A stretch of 64,000 nucleotides of DNA from a bacterium (GTDB lineage Bacteria > UBP15 > UBA6099): contig JAKQPS010000051.1 in NCBI GenBank assembly GCA_029564595.1, forward strand, positions 23,348 through 87,347, given 5' to 3'. Positions 16,060 to 24,417 of the stretch are shown one piece after another. Under the pieces are notes generated by a model. That model ran no database searches and was not told the origin of the DNA. It saw only the letters and a program-made list of their open reading frames with translations. Within the stretch, counting starts at the first letter, position 1; each line of letters opens with the position of its first letter. The position numbers were made by a program, and so were the translations under genes.

Positions 16060-17031
16060 ATGCCGGATCAGGTTCAAAAACTTATTGAAAAACTAAAATC
16101 GAGCGACAGGGATGTAGTCAAAGCTAGCATAATAGAGGAGCTTGGCAACACAGGGGATCACCGCGCGCTAAAGCCGCTTGTGGAGTCGCTCAACGACGGC
16201 GACGCGCTTGTTAGGTGGAACGCGATAAGGGCGGTGGCGGGGTTCGGAGCGGACTCGGTGGCGCTTCTTTTCAGGACTATCGAGAGCGGCGACAGGTTTG
16301 CCCGGCGAAACGTGGTGCAGGTTCTGGGCGAAGTTGGCGGCGAGGATGTCGTGGACAGGCTCATCAAAATGCTGATGTTCGACGAGTCGGATCACGATGT
16401 GATGATTGAGATTATACGAGCGATGCACAAGCTCCGCCCGGAAAGAGCGGTCGAGCCGCTAATAACTGTTTTGAAAATGAGCGACTGGGAGATGCGCTGG
16501 CGGGCGATCAACACTCTCGGACACATCGGAGACCCGCGCGCGCTGGAGCCTTTGCTGGCCGTGATGGAGGACGAGGACCCGGATATCAGATGGGCGGCGG
16601 CGATTGCTGTCGAAAACATAAAGAACCGGGCGTTGAAGCGCGACGCTGAGCCTGATTCACAGCCGAGGGCGTCAGACACTCTGCCGCCGGCCTCTATGCC
16701 TTCTGAAAGAAAAAAACCGGCGCGCGACTTAGCCGTTTCGGCTTCTCAGAAAAACGGATGGACGGTCGTGAAGGTGGAAGGGGAGATGATTTCCACCAAC
16801 TCCGCTTCGTTCAGGTCATACATGGACGGCGTTGTTTCCGTCTCATCAGGCCCGGTGGAGATTGATTTGTCTGACTGTGATTTCGTCGATTCGCTGGCTC
16901 TGGGCCATTTCAACGCGATTCGCAAAAAACTGAAATCGAAAAACCGCAAGATGAAAATATCCGGCATGAACCCGAATCTTAAACAGATGTTCAAGGCGAC
17001 AAAACTAGACGAGTTGTTCGCTATCGAATAA
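16060..17031 (+). CDS. HEAT-repeat (PBS-lyase type) protein fused to a C-terminal STAS (anti-sigma-antagonist) domain
   Basis: There are 5-6 repeats of the type D..VR..A..ALG.IGD.RA..PL. A Pro/Ser linker spans aa ~195-230. The STAS-like end reads WTVVKVEGEM...EIDLSDCDFVDSLALGHFNAIRKKL. Confidence 0.75.
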   Translation: MPDQVQKLIEKLKSSDRDVVKASIIEELGNTGDHRALKPLVESLNDGDALVRWNAIRAVAGFGADSVALLFRTIESGDRFARRNVVQVLGEVGGEDVVDRLIKMLMFDESDHDVMIEIIRAMHKLRPERAVEPLITVLKMSDWEMRWRAINTLGHIGDPRALEPLLAVMEDEDPDIRWAAAIAVENIKNRALKRDAEPDSQPRASDTLPPASMPSERKKPARDLAVSASQKNGWTVVKVEGEMISTNSASFRSYMDGVVSVSSGPVEIDLSDCDFVDSLALGHFNAIRKKLKSKNRKMKISGMNPNLKQMFKATKLDELFAIE

Positions 17032-17039
17032 CAGGCGCG

Positions 17040-17582
17040 CTATTTGGTTTCCTGAGGCTTATTCTTCTTTTCGGCTTCCTCAAGTTTTTGAAGCGCTTCG
17101 TTTATCTTCTGGGCTTTCTCGAAGGCTTTAAGCGCGTCGTTGGTCTTTTTCAGATTTTTATAAGCATGGCCGAGAGTCATGTAAAGCTGATATGTTTCCG
17201 TGGCGACATCGGGGGCCAGCTTGATTCCGGCGTTAAGAGTTTCGACAGCTTTATCAAAATGTTTTTTCTCTATCTGCAGTTCGGCGAGAAAACCGTAAGA
17301 GTACAACTGAAGCCGCCGCCCGTCTCTGTTTTCAGTTCCTTTCGGGAACGAAATAGAGACGAGCGATTCGAGTTGTTTCATCGCCTCGTCGACTTTTTTA
17401 TCATTGTAAAGAAGGGCTGCTTTTTCGTGGTGGATAAGAGCCGCCTCAAATGCCAGTTCGTATTTTTTCTCGTCTTCTTTCGATAGTTTCGCCGATTTCT
17501 GCTCCTGAGCCGAAAGCGATGGGGCAAGAATGAAGATGATGGCGGCGAACACCGGCAGCGTTTTTAGTAGAATGGACCTCAT
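17040..17582 (-). CDS. secreted TPR-repeat protein
   Basis: Signal peptide MRSILLKTLPVFAAIIFILAPSLSAQE. TPR-like helices with AY/AL/KA spacing. I chose ATG 17582 because it forms an ATGA overlap with the upstream stop. Confidence 0.7.
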   Translation of the reverse strand: MRSILLKTLPVFAAIIFILAPSLSAQEQKSAKLSKEDEKKYELAFEAALIHHEKAALLYNDKKVDEAMKQLESLVSISFPKGTENRDGRRLQLYSYGFLAELQIEKKHFDKAVETLNAGIKLAPDVATETYQLYMTLGHAYKNLKKTNDALKAFEKAQKINEALQKLEEAEKKNKPQETK

Positions 17583-18112
17583 TTGCCGGAACTCCTTTCC
17601 CAACTATTGTTGATGAAGAACCGTTCGGCCCGGCGGGAGTTCCACTGCCGGGCGATGTCTTCGGTGGCCTCAACGCGGCGTCTGGACAGCGCTTGCAGAG
17701 TGTCTGGCTCTCCAGAGCCTTCCGCCACCCGATTCTTGTAAGGCATATACATACTATCATATTTTTCGACAAGTTCCATCTTGAGTTTTTCCTGTCTGTC
17801 CATGAATGTCCAGATTCCGGTCGGCGCAATTGAGAAGAATAGAACCGCGGCAACGGCGTATCTGACCCATATCGAGCGGGAAGCGCGGCGGGAGGGGAGG
17901 GAGCGAGGGCGCGAGGAACTTCTTACGATGCGGGCGCGCAGGGTGTCCGAGAATGCAGGGTTAAGTTCGGGGCCTCCGCCGAGGGCAACGTCAATGAGCA
18001 GGGCTGTCTCAGCGGCTTCCGCCAACTCGGAGGCGGCTCCCGGCCCGACTGTGCCAGCGCCGTCCATCCAATCGCCCAGCATAGCGGCCATCTGTTTTTC
18101 TTGTTCATCCAT
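17579..18112 (-). CDS. single-pass membrane protein, putative anti-sigma factor
   Basis: It lies immediately downstream of the ECF sigma gene. One TM (YAVAAVLFFSIAPTGIWTF). GGAG lies 6 nt before ATG 18112. No zf-HC2 motif is seen, so the function is positional inference only. Confidence 0.45.
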   Translation of the reverse strand: MDEQEKQMAAMLGDWMDGAGTVGPGAASELAEAAETALLIDVALGGGPELNPAFSDTLRARIVRSSSRPRSLPSRRASRSIWVRYAVAAVLFFSIAPTGIWTFMDRQEKLKMELVEKYDSMYMPYKNRVAEGSGEPDTLQALSRRRVEATEDIARQWNSRRAERFFINNSWERSSGK

Positions 18113-18129
18113 GCCTGACTCCACGCGCG

Positions 18130-18729
18130 TTATGCCTCTTCTCCATATTTCTCTATGAATGCTTTTCTAAAAGACTTACACGCCCTGAAAAAAACGACGT
18201 CGAATGTTTCGACGGTCACGCCTATCGATTTTGCGCTTTCCTCACGGGATTTCTTTTCCACCAGCCTGAGTTTTATAGCTTCACGGTAACGTTCGTTTAT
18301 GTCGTTCAGAACATCCTTGATGCGGCCGGCAAGCTCTTTCGCGTAGTCGGACGCAAGGGCGGCTTTTTCCGGCTGATATGAATTGTCCGGAAAGAAATCG
18401 AGGGTGACGTTGTCAACGGGGCGGTGGCGGGCGGCGGCGGACATAAGCTCGCGGGATTTGTTGATGGCTATCATGCGGAGCCAGAAAAAGACGCTTCTGT
18501 CCGTCCACTCGAAGTCCGAAATTTTTTCGAGGGCAAGCATGAAGGTGTCCTGAAGGACGTCCTGAGCGAGCGCTTCGTCTCTGACGCGCGGATAGATGAC
18601 AGTGCGGTAGAGGGGTGTCTTGAACGCGTCGTAAATCGCGGCGAACGCTTCCGAGTCGCCTCGTTTCGCTCTTGCGACGAGTTGTTCTTCTTCTTTCAGG
18701 TCAAGCTCATAAGGCATAACGCTAAACAT
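18130..18729 (-). CDS. RNA polymerase ECF-type sigma-70 factor
   Basis: Region 2 (LYRTVIYPRVRDEALAQDVLQDTFMLALEKI) and region 4 HTH (REAIKLRLVEKKSREESAKSIGVTVETF). The start is uncertain (ATG 18729 or 18717). The longer 18837 ORF extension looks non-coding. Confidence 0.85.
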   Translation of the reverse strand: MFSVMPYELDLKEEEQLVARAKRGDSEAFAAIYDAFKTPLYRTVIYPRVRDEALAQDVLQDTFMLALEKISDFEWTDRSVFFWLRMIAINKSRELMSAAARHRPVDNVTLDFFPDNSYQPEKAALASDYAKELAGRIKDVLNDINERYREAIKLRLVEKKSREESAKSIGVTVETFDVVFFRACKSFRKAFIEKYGEEA

Positions 18730-18957
18730 TATAACGCAACGACGGAGCGGTGAACAGAAAAGAGACGCGAAGCATTTGGCGTCGCGGGTGGCGGCGCGCC
18801 GCCGGGAATCCGTATTCGCGTAAATAGTCGTTGTCATGCCGGAATCCCCGGCTCATTTTTTTGTTTTCCGCTCTCGGCGAGAGGGATATGAGACTATAAT
18901 TAAAAATTGTCGAACGGGCGGCGCGGTTGAGCGCGCCCGGCGCGGGGAGGAATCGGG

Positions 18958-19404
18958 ATGTCCGATAGCGGAAAAAGAATAGCGATGGCGTGCGACCACG
19001 CAGGATTGGCTCTGAAGAAGATACTTGCTGAAAAGCTCTCTGCGGAAGGGTACGAGGTTGTGGATGTCGGGACGCACACTGCGGAGTCGGTGGACTATCC
19101 GGTGTACGGAAAGGAAGCGGCCAAGCTGGTGGCGTCGGGCGACTGCGGGCGGGGGATACTTGTCTGCGGGTCGGGAATCGGCATGAGCATAGCCGCGAAC
19201 AAGACGCCGGGAGTGAGGGCGGTGGTGTGCACGGAGCCTGTTAGCGCGCGGATGTCGCGTCTGCACAACGACACGAATGTGCTGTGTGTAGGAGAGCGGC
19301 TTGTAGGCGCGGGCATGGCGTGGGAGATCGCGAGCGTGTGGCTGGCGACGGCGTATGAGGGCGGAAGACACGCTAAAAGAGTGGCTATGCTGGAGAACGA
19401 CTGA
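18958..19404 (+). CDS. rpiB: ribose-5-phosphate isomerase B
   Basis: RIAMACDHAGLALK, ILVCGSGIGMSIAANK and HNDTNVLCVG match the RpiB/LacAB family. GGAGGA RBS. Confidence 0.9.
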   Translation: MSDSGKRIAMACDHAGLALKKILAEKLSAEGYEVVDVGTHTAESVDYPVYGKEAAKLVASGDCGRGILVCGSGIGMSIAANKTPGVRAVVCTEPVSARMSRLHNDTNVLCVGERLVGAGMAWEIASVWLATAYEGGRHAKRVAMLEND

Positions 19405-19468
19405 ACCGGATTCGAATATTGAAAAGATATAATTGCTTAATTGTCAGCGTTTTGAAGGAGGCCGAAGA

Positions 19469-21028
19469 ATGAAGCTGTTGGACGCGGAGAGCATGCGCGA
19501 ACTCGACAGGAGAACCATCGAGAAGACGGGGATTCCGGGCATCGTGCTGATGGAGAACGCGTCGCGGAGGGTGTTCGATGCGATTGAGGCGATTGTCGGA
19601 GAGCTTGAAGGAAAAAGGGCTTTGGTGGTTTGCGGAAAAGGGAATAACGGGGGCGACGGTTTTGCCGTGGCGAGATATCTGATGAACGCAGGCGTCGACA
19701 CGACAGCCGCGTTGGCGGCGGCGCGCAAGGAAGTGAAAGGCGACGCGGCTGTGAATATGAACGCGTTTCTGAACATGGGAGGCGAACTGAAGCCGGCGAC
19801 TGACGCAAAGGGGCTGGCAGAGTTGAAGAGAGCGGCCGCTGCTTCCGATTTTATTGTGGACGCGCTGTTGGGCACGGGGGTCAAAGGGCCTGTGAGCGCG
19901 CCGTATAAAAAGGTCATTGAAATTATTAACAGGAGCGGGTGTCCGGTGTTCGCGGTGGACGCGCCGTCCGGAGTGAGCGTGGACGACGGGCGGGTTTTCA
20001 ACTGCGCGGTGAACGCGGATCACACCGTAACGTTCGGCGAGGCGAAGATTGGGTTGTTCGTGTGGCCGGGATCGGAGAAGGCCGGAGAGGTGTACGTAGC
20101 CGACATAGGGATACCCGCGTCGCACAGCCGGGAGACACGCTCGAAAGTATATCTGACGCAGCCGGGGTATGTGAGGGAGCATGTCAAAGAGCGCCCGATG
20201 GGGGCGCACAAGGGGGATTGCGGGAAGCTGCTCATTGTGGGCGGCTCGAGAGGGATGTCGGGCGCGCCTGCGCTTGCCGGCATGGCCGCTCTGAAAATAG
20301 GGGCCGGATTGGTCTATCTTGCCGTTCCGAAGTCGGTCGCCTCGAACGTCGAGCGAAAATTGACAGAGGGCATAACGATAAGCTTGCGCGAGGACGGGCG
20401 GGGTAGGATTTCGGCATCCGAGTTGGAAGAAATAATCGCAAGGTCTGCCGCTGCGGGCGCGGTGGCGCTGGGGCCGGGACTGGGCGTGTCTCCGGACACG
20501 AGAAAATTGACTTTCAAAATGATAGAGAGCGTATCGGTTCCTCTGCTGTTGGACGCCGACGCGTTAAACTGTGTGGCGGTAGATCCGGAAATATTGAAGG
20601 CGGCGGCAGGCCCGGTTGTGGTCACTCCGCATCCGGGAGAGATGGCGCGGCTTGCGAAGGCGAAGACGGCGGACGTTCAGGCGGCGCGGCTGGACACGGC
20701 GCGCTCTTTTGCGGCGGAGTACGGCGTAACGGTCGTCCTGAAAGGGGCGGGGGCCATTGTGGCGTCTCCTGACGGATGCGTCAGGGTGAACCCGACGGGC
20801 AATCCCGGAATGGCCACCGCCGGGAGCGGGGATGTGCTGACTGGTATGACGGGGGCGCTAATGGCGGAGGGAGTGGATGTTTTTGCGGCGGCGGCGTGCG
20901 CGGCGTATCTGCACGGGCTGGCCGGAGACCTTGCTGCGGAGAAACTCACCCGCCGAGCGGTGACAGCCTCTGATATCGTGCGTTTCGCTCCGGCGGCGTT
21001 GAACGAGACTCTTTCAGAAGAATGCTGA
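19469..21028 (+). CDS. nnr: bifunctional NAD(P)H-hydrate repair enzyme (epimerase + ADP-dependent dehydratase)
   Basis: N-terminal YjeF_N (VCGKGNNGGDGFAVAR) and C-terminal carbohydrate-kinase-like domain (HKGDCGKLLIVGGS...GSGDVLTG). GAAGGAGG lies before ATG 19469. Confidence 0.9.
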   Translation: MKLLDAESMRELDRRTIEKTGIPGIVLMENASRRVFDAIEAIVGELEGKRALVVCGKGNNGGDGFAVARYLMNAGVDTTAALAAARKEVKGDAAVNMNAFLNMGGELKPATDAKGLAELKRAAAASDFIVDALLGTGVKGPVSAPYKKVIEIINRSGCPVFAVDAPSGVSVDDGRVFNCAVNADHTVTFGEAKIGLFVWPGSEKAGEVYVADIGIPASHSRETRSKVYLTQPGYVREHVKERPMGAHKGDCGKLLIVGGSRGMSGAPALAGMAALKIGAGLVYLAVPKSVASNVERKLTEGITISLREDGRGRISASELEEIIARSAAAGAVALGPGLGVSPDTRKLTFKMIESVSVPLLLDADALNCVAVDPEILKAAAGPVVVTPHPGEMARLAKAKTADVQAARLDTARSFAAEYGVTVVLKGAGAIVASPDGCVRVNPTGNPGMATAGSGDVLTGMTGALMAEGVDVFAAAACAAYLHGLAGDLAAEKLTRRAVTASDIVRFAPAALNETLSEEC

Positions 21029-21103
21029 AAAGCAATTCAGCGGCAAATATTGCAGAGGCGGCGGACCGCCCTGATTACAACTAAGGAAAAGGAAAAGCCA
21101 GAG

Positions 21104-22258
21104 ATGAAGATTTTTAGGCCGATATGGGCGGAGATTGACTGCGACGCGCTGGAGCACAACGTGAGATTGATGAGGGAGAAAGTCGGGGCGGCGACGAAAC
21201 TGATGGCTGTCGTCAAGGCGGACGCATACGGTCACGGCGCGGTGGCGGTGTCGAAATCGGCTTTGCACGCCGGATCGGACTGTCTGGCTGTGGCGTCGGT
21301 CGAAGAAGCGTTCGAGTTGAGGGACGCTGGAATCGCGGCTGACATTTTGATCCTCGGCTATACGCAACCGAACTGGGCTTCGGCGGTTGTGGAGGGGGGA
21401 TTCACACAGACGATATATCATCTGAATCTGGCGCGCGCTCTGTCGGTGGAAGCGGAAAAGCAGAAGAAAACGGTGAAAGCCCATATAAAGATAGACTCCG
21501 GGATGGGTAGAATAGGGGTGGAGCCTGAACGTGCGGCGCACCTGATAAGAGAGGTCGCGGGGCTTGAAGGCATAGAGGTCGAGGGCGTATACACGCATCT
21601 GGCGACTGCGGACGAGCCGGAGAACGACGCGCACACGGACAGGCAGCTCGAAAGGTTCGGCGCGTTGCTGGCGGAGTTGGAAAAAGAAGGAATCCGGCCT
21701 CCTGTGGCGCACGCGGCCAACAGCGCCGCCGCGGCAAGAAGACCGGACGCGTTGTTCAATCTCGCGAGGCCGGGGATACTTCTCTACGGTCTTTCCCCGT
21801 CTTCGCAGATGAAGCCGGAAGTGTCGGATTTCAGGCCCGTGATGTCGGTTAAAACGACGATAGTCGAGATAAAGACCGTGTCGCCGGGAACGAGAATCAG
21901 CTACAGCGGGACGTTTACCGCAAAGAGGCCGACGCGGGTGGCTACGCTTCCGGCGGGTTACGCGGACGGTTTCAGCAGGCGGCTTTCGAACAAGGGGACG
22001 GCGCTGGTCGAGGGAACCCGCGCGCCGATTATCGGCAACGTGTGCATGGATTTCATGATGGCGGACGTGACGGACGCGCCGGGCGCGAAGATAGGAGACG
22101 AGGCGGTTCTTATCGGGCGGCAGGGCGGCGACGAGATTCATGTGGACGACATCGCGGGGATTCTCGGCACGATAAACTACGAAGTGGTATCGCTAATCGG
22201 CAAGCGCGTAGCCCGCGTCTTTACCAACTACATGGCTGGCAGCCCGAACGAAGTGTAA
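21104..22258 (+). CDS. alr: alanine racemase
   Basis: PLP-lysine motif AVVKADAYGHGA, plus GYADG and GNVCMDFMMADV. Confidence 0.9.
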   Translation: MKIFRPIWAEIDCDALEHNVRLMREKVGAATKLMAVVKADAYGHGAVAVSKSALHAGSDCLAVASVEEAFELRDAGIAADILILGYTQPNWASAVVEGGFTQTIYHLNLARALSVEAEKQKKTVKAHIKIDSGMGRIGVEPERAAHLIREVAGLEGIEVEGVYTHLATADEPENDAHTDRQLERFGALLAELEKEGIRPPVAHAANSAAAARRPDALFNLARPGILLYGLSPSSQMKPEVSDFRPVMSVKTTIVEIKTVSPGTRISYSGTFTAKRPTRVATLPAGYADGFSRRLSNKGTALVEGTRAPIIGNVCMDFMMADVTDAPGAKIGDEAVLIGRQGGDEIHVDDIAGILGTINYEVVSLIGKRVARVFTNYMAGSPNEV

Positions 22259-22285
22259 AACTCTTTGGCGCGGCCCGATGATTGA

Positions 22286-23464
22286 ATGAAAACTGGCACG
22301 ATTAGAAAAGCGACGGTTTTTGCGCCTCTCGCGCTGGCGGCTGTTTTCGCGGCCTTGGCGTTTTCAACGCCTTGCAGGGCGGCGATTGTTTTCGCTTCCG
22401 ACGAAGGCAAGTTCAGGCATCTGTATTCGGTGGAACTTGGAGGCGAGCCTGAACTGCTCACCAAGAACGAAGACCCTGATCTGATGGTCATGCTCAACAC
22501 GCATCCGGCTGTGTCGTCTGACGGGAGGAGGCTCGCGTACGCTTCTTACAGGATATATGTGGACGAAGGGCTGCGCCAGTGGAAACAGTGGAATGGTTTG
22601 CCGCTTTTCACTATGGAGTTCGATCTTTATTTCTACAGCTATTTCCCGTCGCGCACTTATTACACGAGGCATAAAAGCCTGAACTGGTCGATATATATGC
22701 TCGACTTGGAGACTAGAAGGGAAAAGAAGATAACGAATTTTCTCTGGGACGAGGCGACGCCGCAGTTCATGCCGCGAGGCTCGGATTTTATTTATACTCT
22801 TACGGCGAACAAAAGCGTGTTCGTGCTCCGCAGCGGATGGTCGACTCCGGGGTTCAAACAGATAACTCTGGACGATAGTCAGGCCGAAAGCCCCATGTTG
22901 TCTCCGGACGGAAGGTTTCTGCTGTATCATTCCTTCCGAGGCTGGAACTGGGATATTTACAAGTTGAAGATGGCGGACCTGCCGTCGGGCAGAGAGGAAA
23001 CGCGACTGACCGCGACGAGCGGCGTCAATGAAATGTTTCCGCAGTGGGCTTCCGACGGAAAAAAGATATTTTTCATATCAAACGATGTGTCGAGCAGAGG
23101 GAAGTACGACCTCTATTCGATGGATGTGGAAACAGGCGAGAGAAAGCGTCTCACTCAGGGAGACAACGTGGGAGCGGATTTCGCGGTGTCTCCGGACGGT
23201 TCGAAAATAGCGTATCTGACCGCCGACAGGAAAAGCGGAAGCTCTCTTGCGGTGATAGACGCAGACGGAGCGAACAAGTTTTTTTTGACAGGCGGTTCGG
23301 AAATAGCGAGACATCCCGCATGGTCGCCGGACGGTTCACAATTGGCGTTTCTCGTTGCGGGCAAGGGTCGGCGATTCATGCTGAACGTGTCCGACGCGGA
23401 CGGCTCGAACCGCAATCCGGTGTCGGATATGTTATGCGCGCCTTCGCCGATTGTGTGGTATTGA
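22286..23464 (+). CDS. periplasmic TolB-like beta-propeller (PD40 repeat) protein
   Basis: Signal peptide, then repeated SPDG/SxDG blades (SSDGRRLAYAS, SPDGRFLLYHS, ASDGKKIFFIS, SPDGSKIAYLT, SPDGSQLAFLV). Confidence 0.75.
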   Translation: MKTGTIRKATVFAPLALAAVFAALAFSTPCRAAIVFASDEGKFRHLYSVELGGEPELLTKNEDPDLMVMLNTHPAVSSDGRRLAYASYRIYVDEGLRQWKQWNGLPLFTMEFDLYFYSYFPSRTYYTRHKSLNWSIYMLDLETRREKKITNFLWDEATPQFMPRGSDFIYTLTANKSVFVLRSGWSTPGFKQITLDDSQAESPMLSPDGRFLLYHSFRGWNWDIYKLKMADLPSGREETRLTATSGVNEMFPQWASDGKKIFFISNDVSSRGKYDLYSMDVETGERKRLTQGDNVGADFAVSPDGSKIAYLTADRKSGSSLAVIDADGANKFFLTGGSEIARHPAWSPDGSQLAFLVAGKGRRFMLNVSDADGSNRNPVSDMLCAPSPIVWY

Positions 23465-23511
23465 TGTTTTACTGGCAATAACTACAATGCGCGACTTTAT
23501 GGAGGAGAGAA

Positions 23512-24240
23512 ATGTTTGACGATTTCATGGCTAAAGTGGCAGAGGCTCTCGAAAAAATACGGCTGACGCAGAAAGCCGCGATAGAAGAGGCCGGGCGTTT
23601 TGTCGCTGAGACGATAAAGAAGGACGGGATGGTGCGCCCTATGGGAACGGGGCATTCGCATCTGGTGGCCACCGAGATGTATCAGCGGGCGGGCGGACTG
23701 GCTTGCGTGTCTCCTCTGATGGAAGGCAACCTGATGATGCACGAGGGCGGACGCAAGAGCGGCGCGCTCGAGCGCCTTCCCGGATATGCCGCCGCAATTC
23801 TGGCTTACAACGACGTCGAAAGCCGGGACCTTTTGTTGATTATCTCTCAGTCTGGAAGGAATGCTGTGCCGGTGGAAACCGCGATAGAGGGAAAGCGGCG
23901 CGGTATGAAGACTGTGGCGATAACATCGCTGGCGCACTCCAAGAGCGTGCTGTCCCGCGCGCCGTCGGCGTTGCGGCTTTTTGAGGTCGCCGACGTCGTG
24001 ATCGACAACTGTTCGCCGATAGGCGACGCGTGCGTCGAGCTTCCGGGGCTGAACGACAGTGTAGCTCCGTTGTCGACCATTACCGGGGTTTTCATCTGGC
24101 ATCAGATAGAAATAGCCGCCGTCAGCGCGCTGCTGGCCGAGGGATTGAAGCCGCCAGTGTTCGTGAGCGGCAACGCTCCGGGCGGAGAGGCGCGCAATCT
24201 TGAGATTTATATGAAATACAAGAACCGGGTCCGCTTTTAG
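23512..24240 (+). CDS. SIS (sugar isomerase) domain protein
   Basis: MGTGHSHLVATE and LLLIISQSGRNAVPVE are SIS-type motifs. GGAGGAG RBS. Confidence 0.7.
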   Translation: MFDDFMAKVAEALEKIRLTQKAAIEEAGRFVAETIKKDGMVRPMGTGHSHLVATEMYQRAGGLACVSPLMEGNLMMHEGGRKSGALERLPGYAAAILAYNDVESRDLLLIISQSGRNAVPVETAIEGKRRGMKTVAITSLAHSKSVLSRAPSALRLFEVADVVIDNCSPIGDACVELPGLNDSVAPLSTITGVFIWHQIEIAAVSALLAEGLKPPVFVSGNAPGGEARNLEIYMKYKNRVRF

Positions 24241-24247
24241 GAATCAC

Positions 24248-24277
24248 ACGGCGAGTTCGCCGTTTCTCCTTTGATTT
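24248..24277 (+). terminator. Rho-independent terminator candidate after the SIS gene
   Basis: Stem acggcg/cgccgt (24248-24263) followed by ttctcctttgatttg. Confidence 0.45.
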
Positions 24278-24417
24278 GATAAAATGATAGCGTTACGGAA
24301 TTGTATCCGCATATTTCACCGCGCGGGATAACGGCGCGCGCCGGAACCATCGCCGTCCGGGACTGTCTTATTAAATGACGGGCGCGGCTCGGATTAGATG
24401 AATGAGGAGTCGAGAGC

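Noticed and set aside
21014-22141. 375-aa minus-strand ORF opposite alr
   Set aside because: Arg-rich antisense frame. alr carries the PLP-lysine motif on the plus strand.
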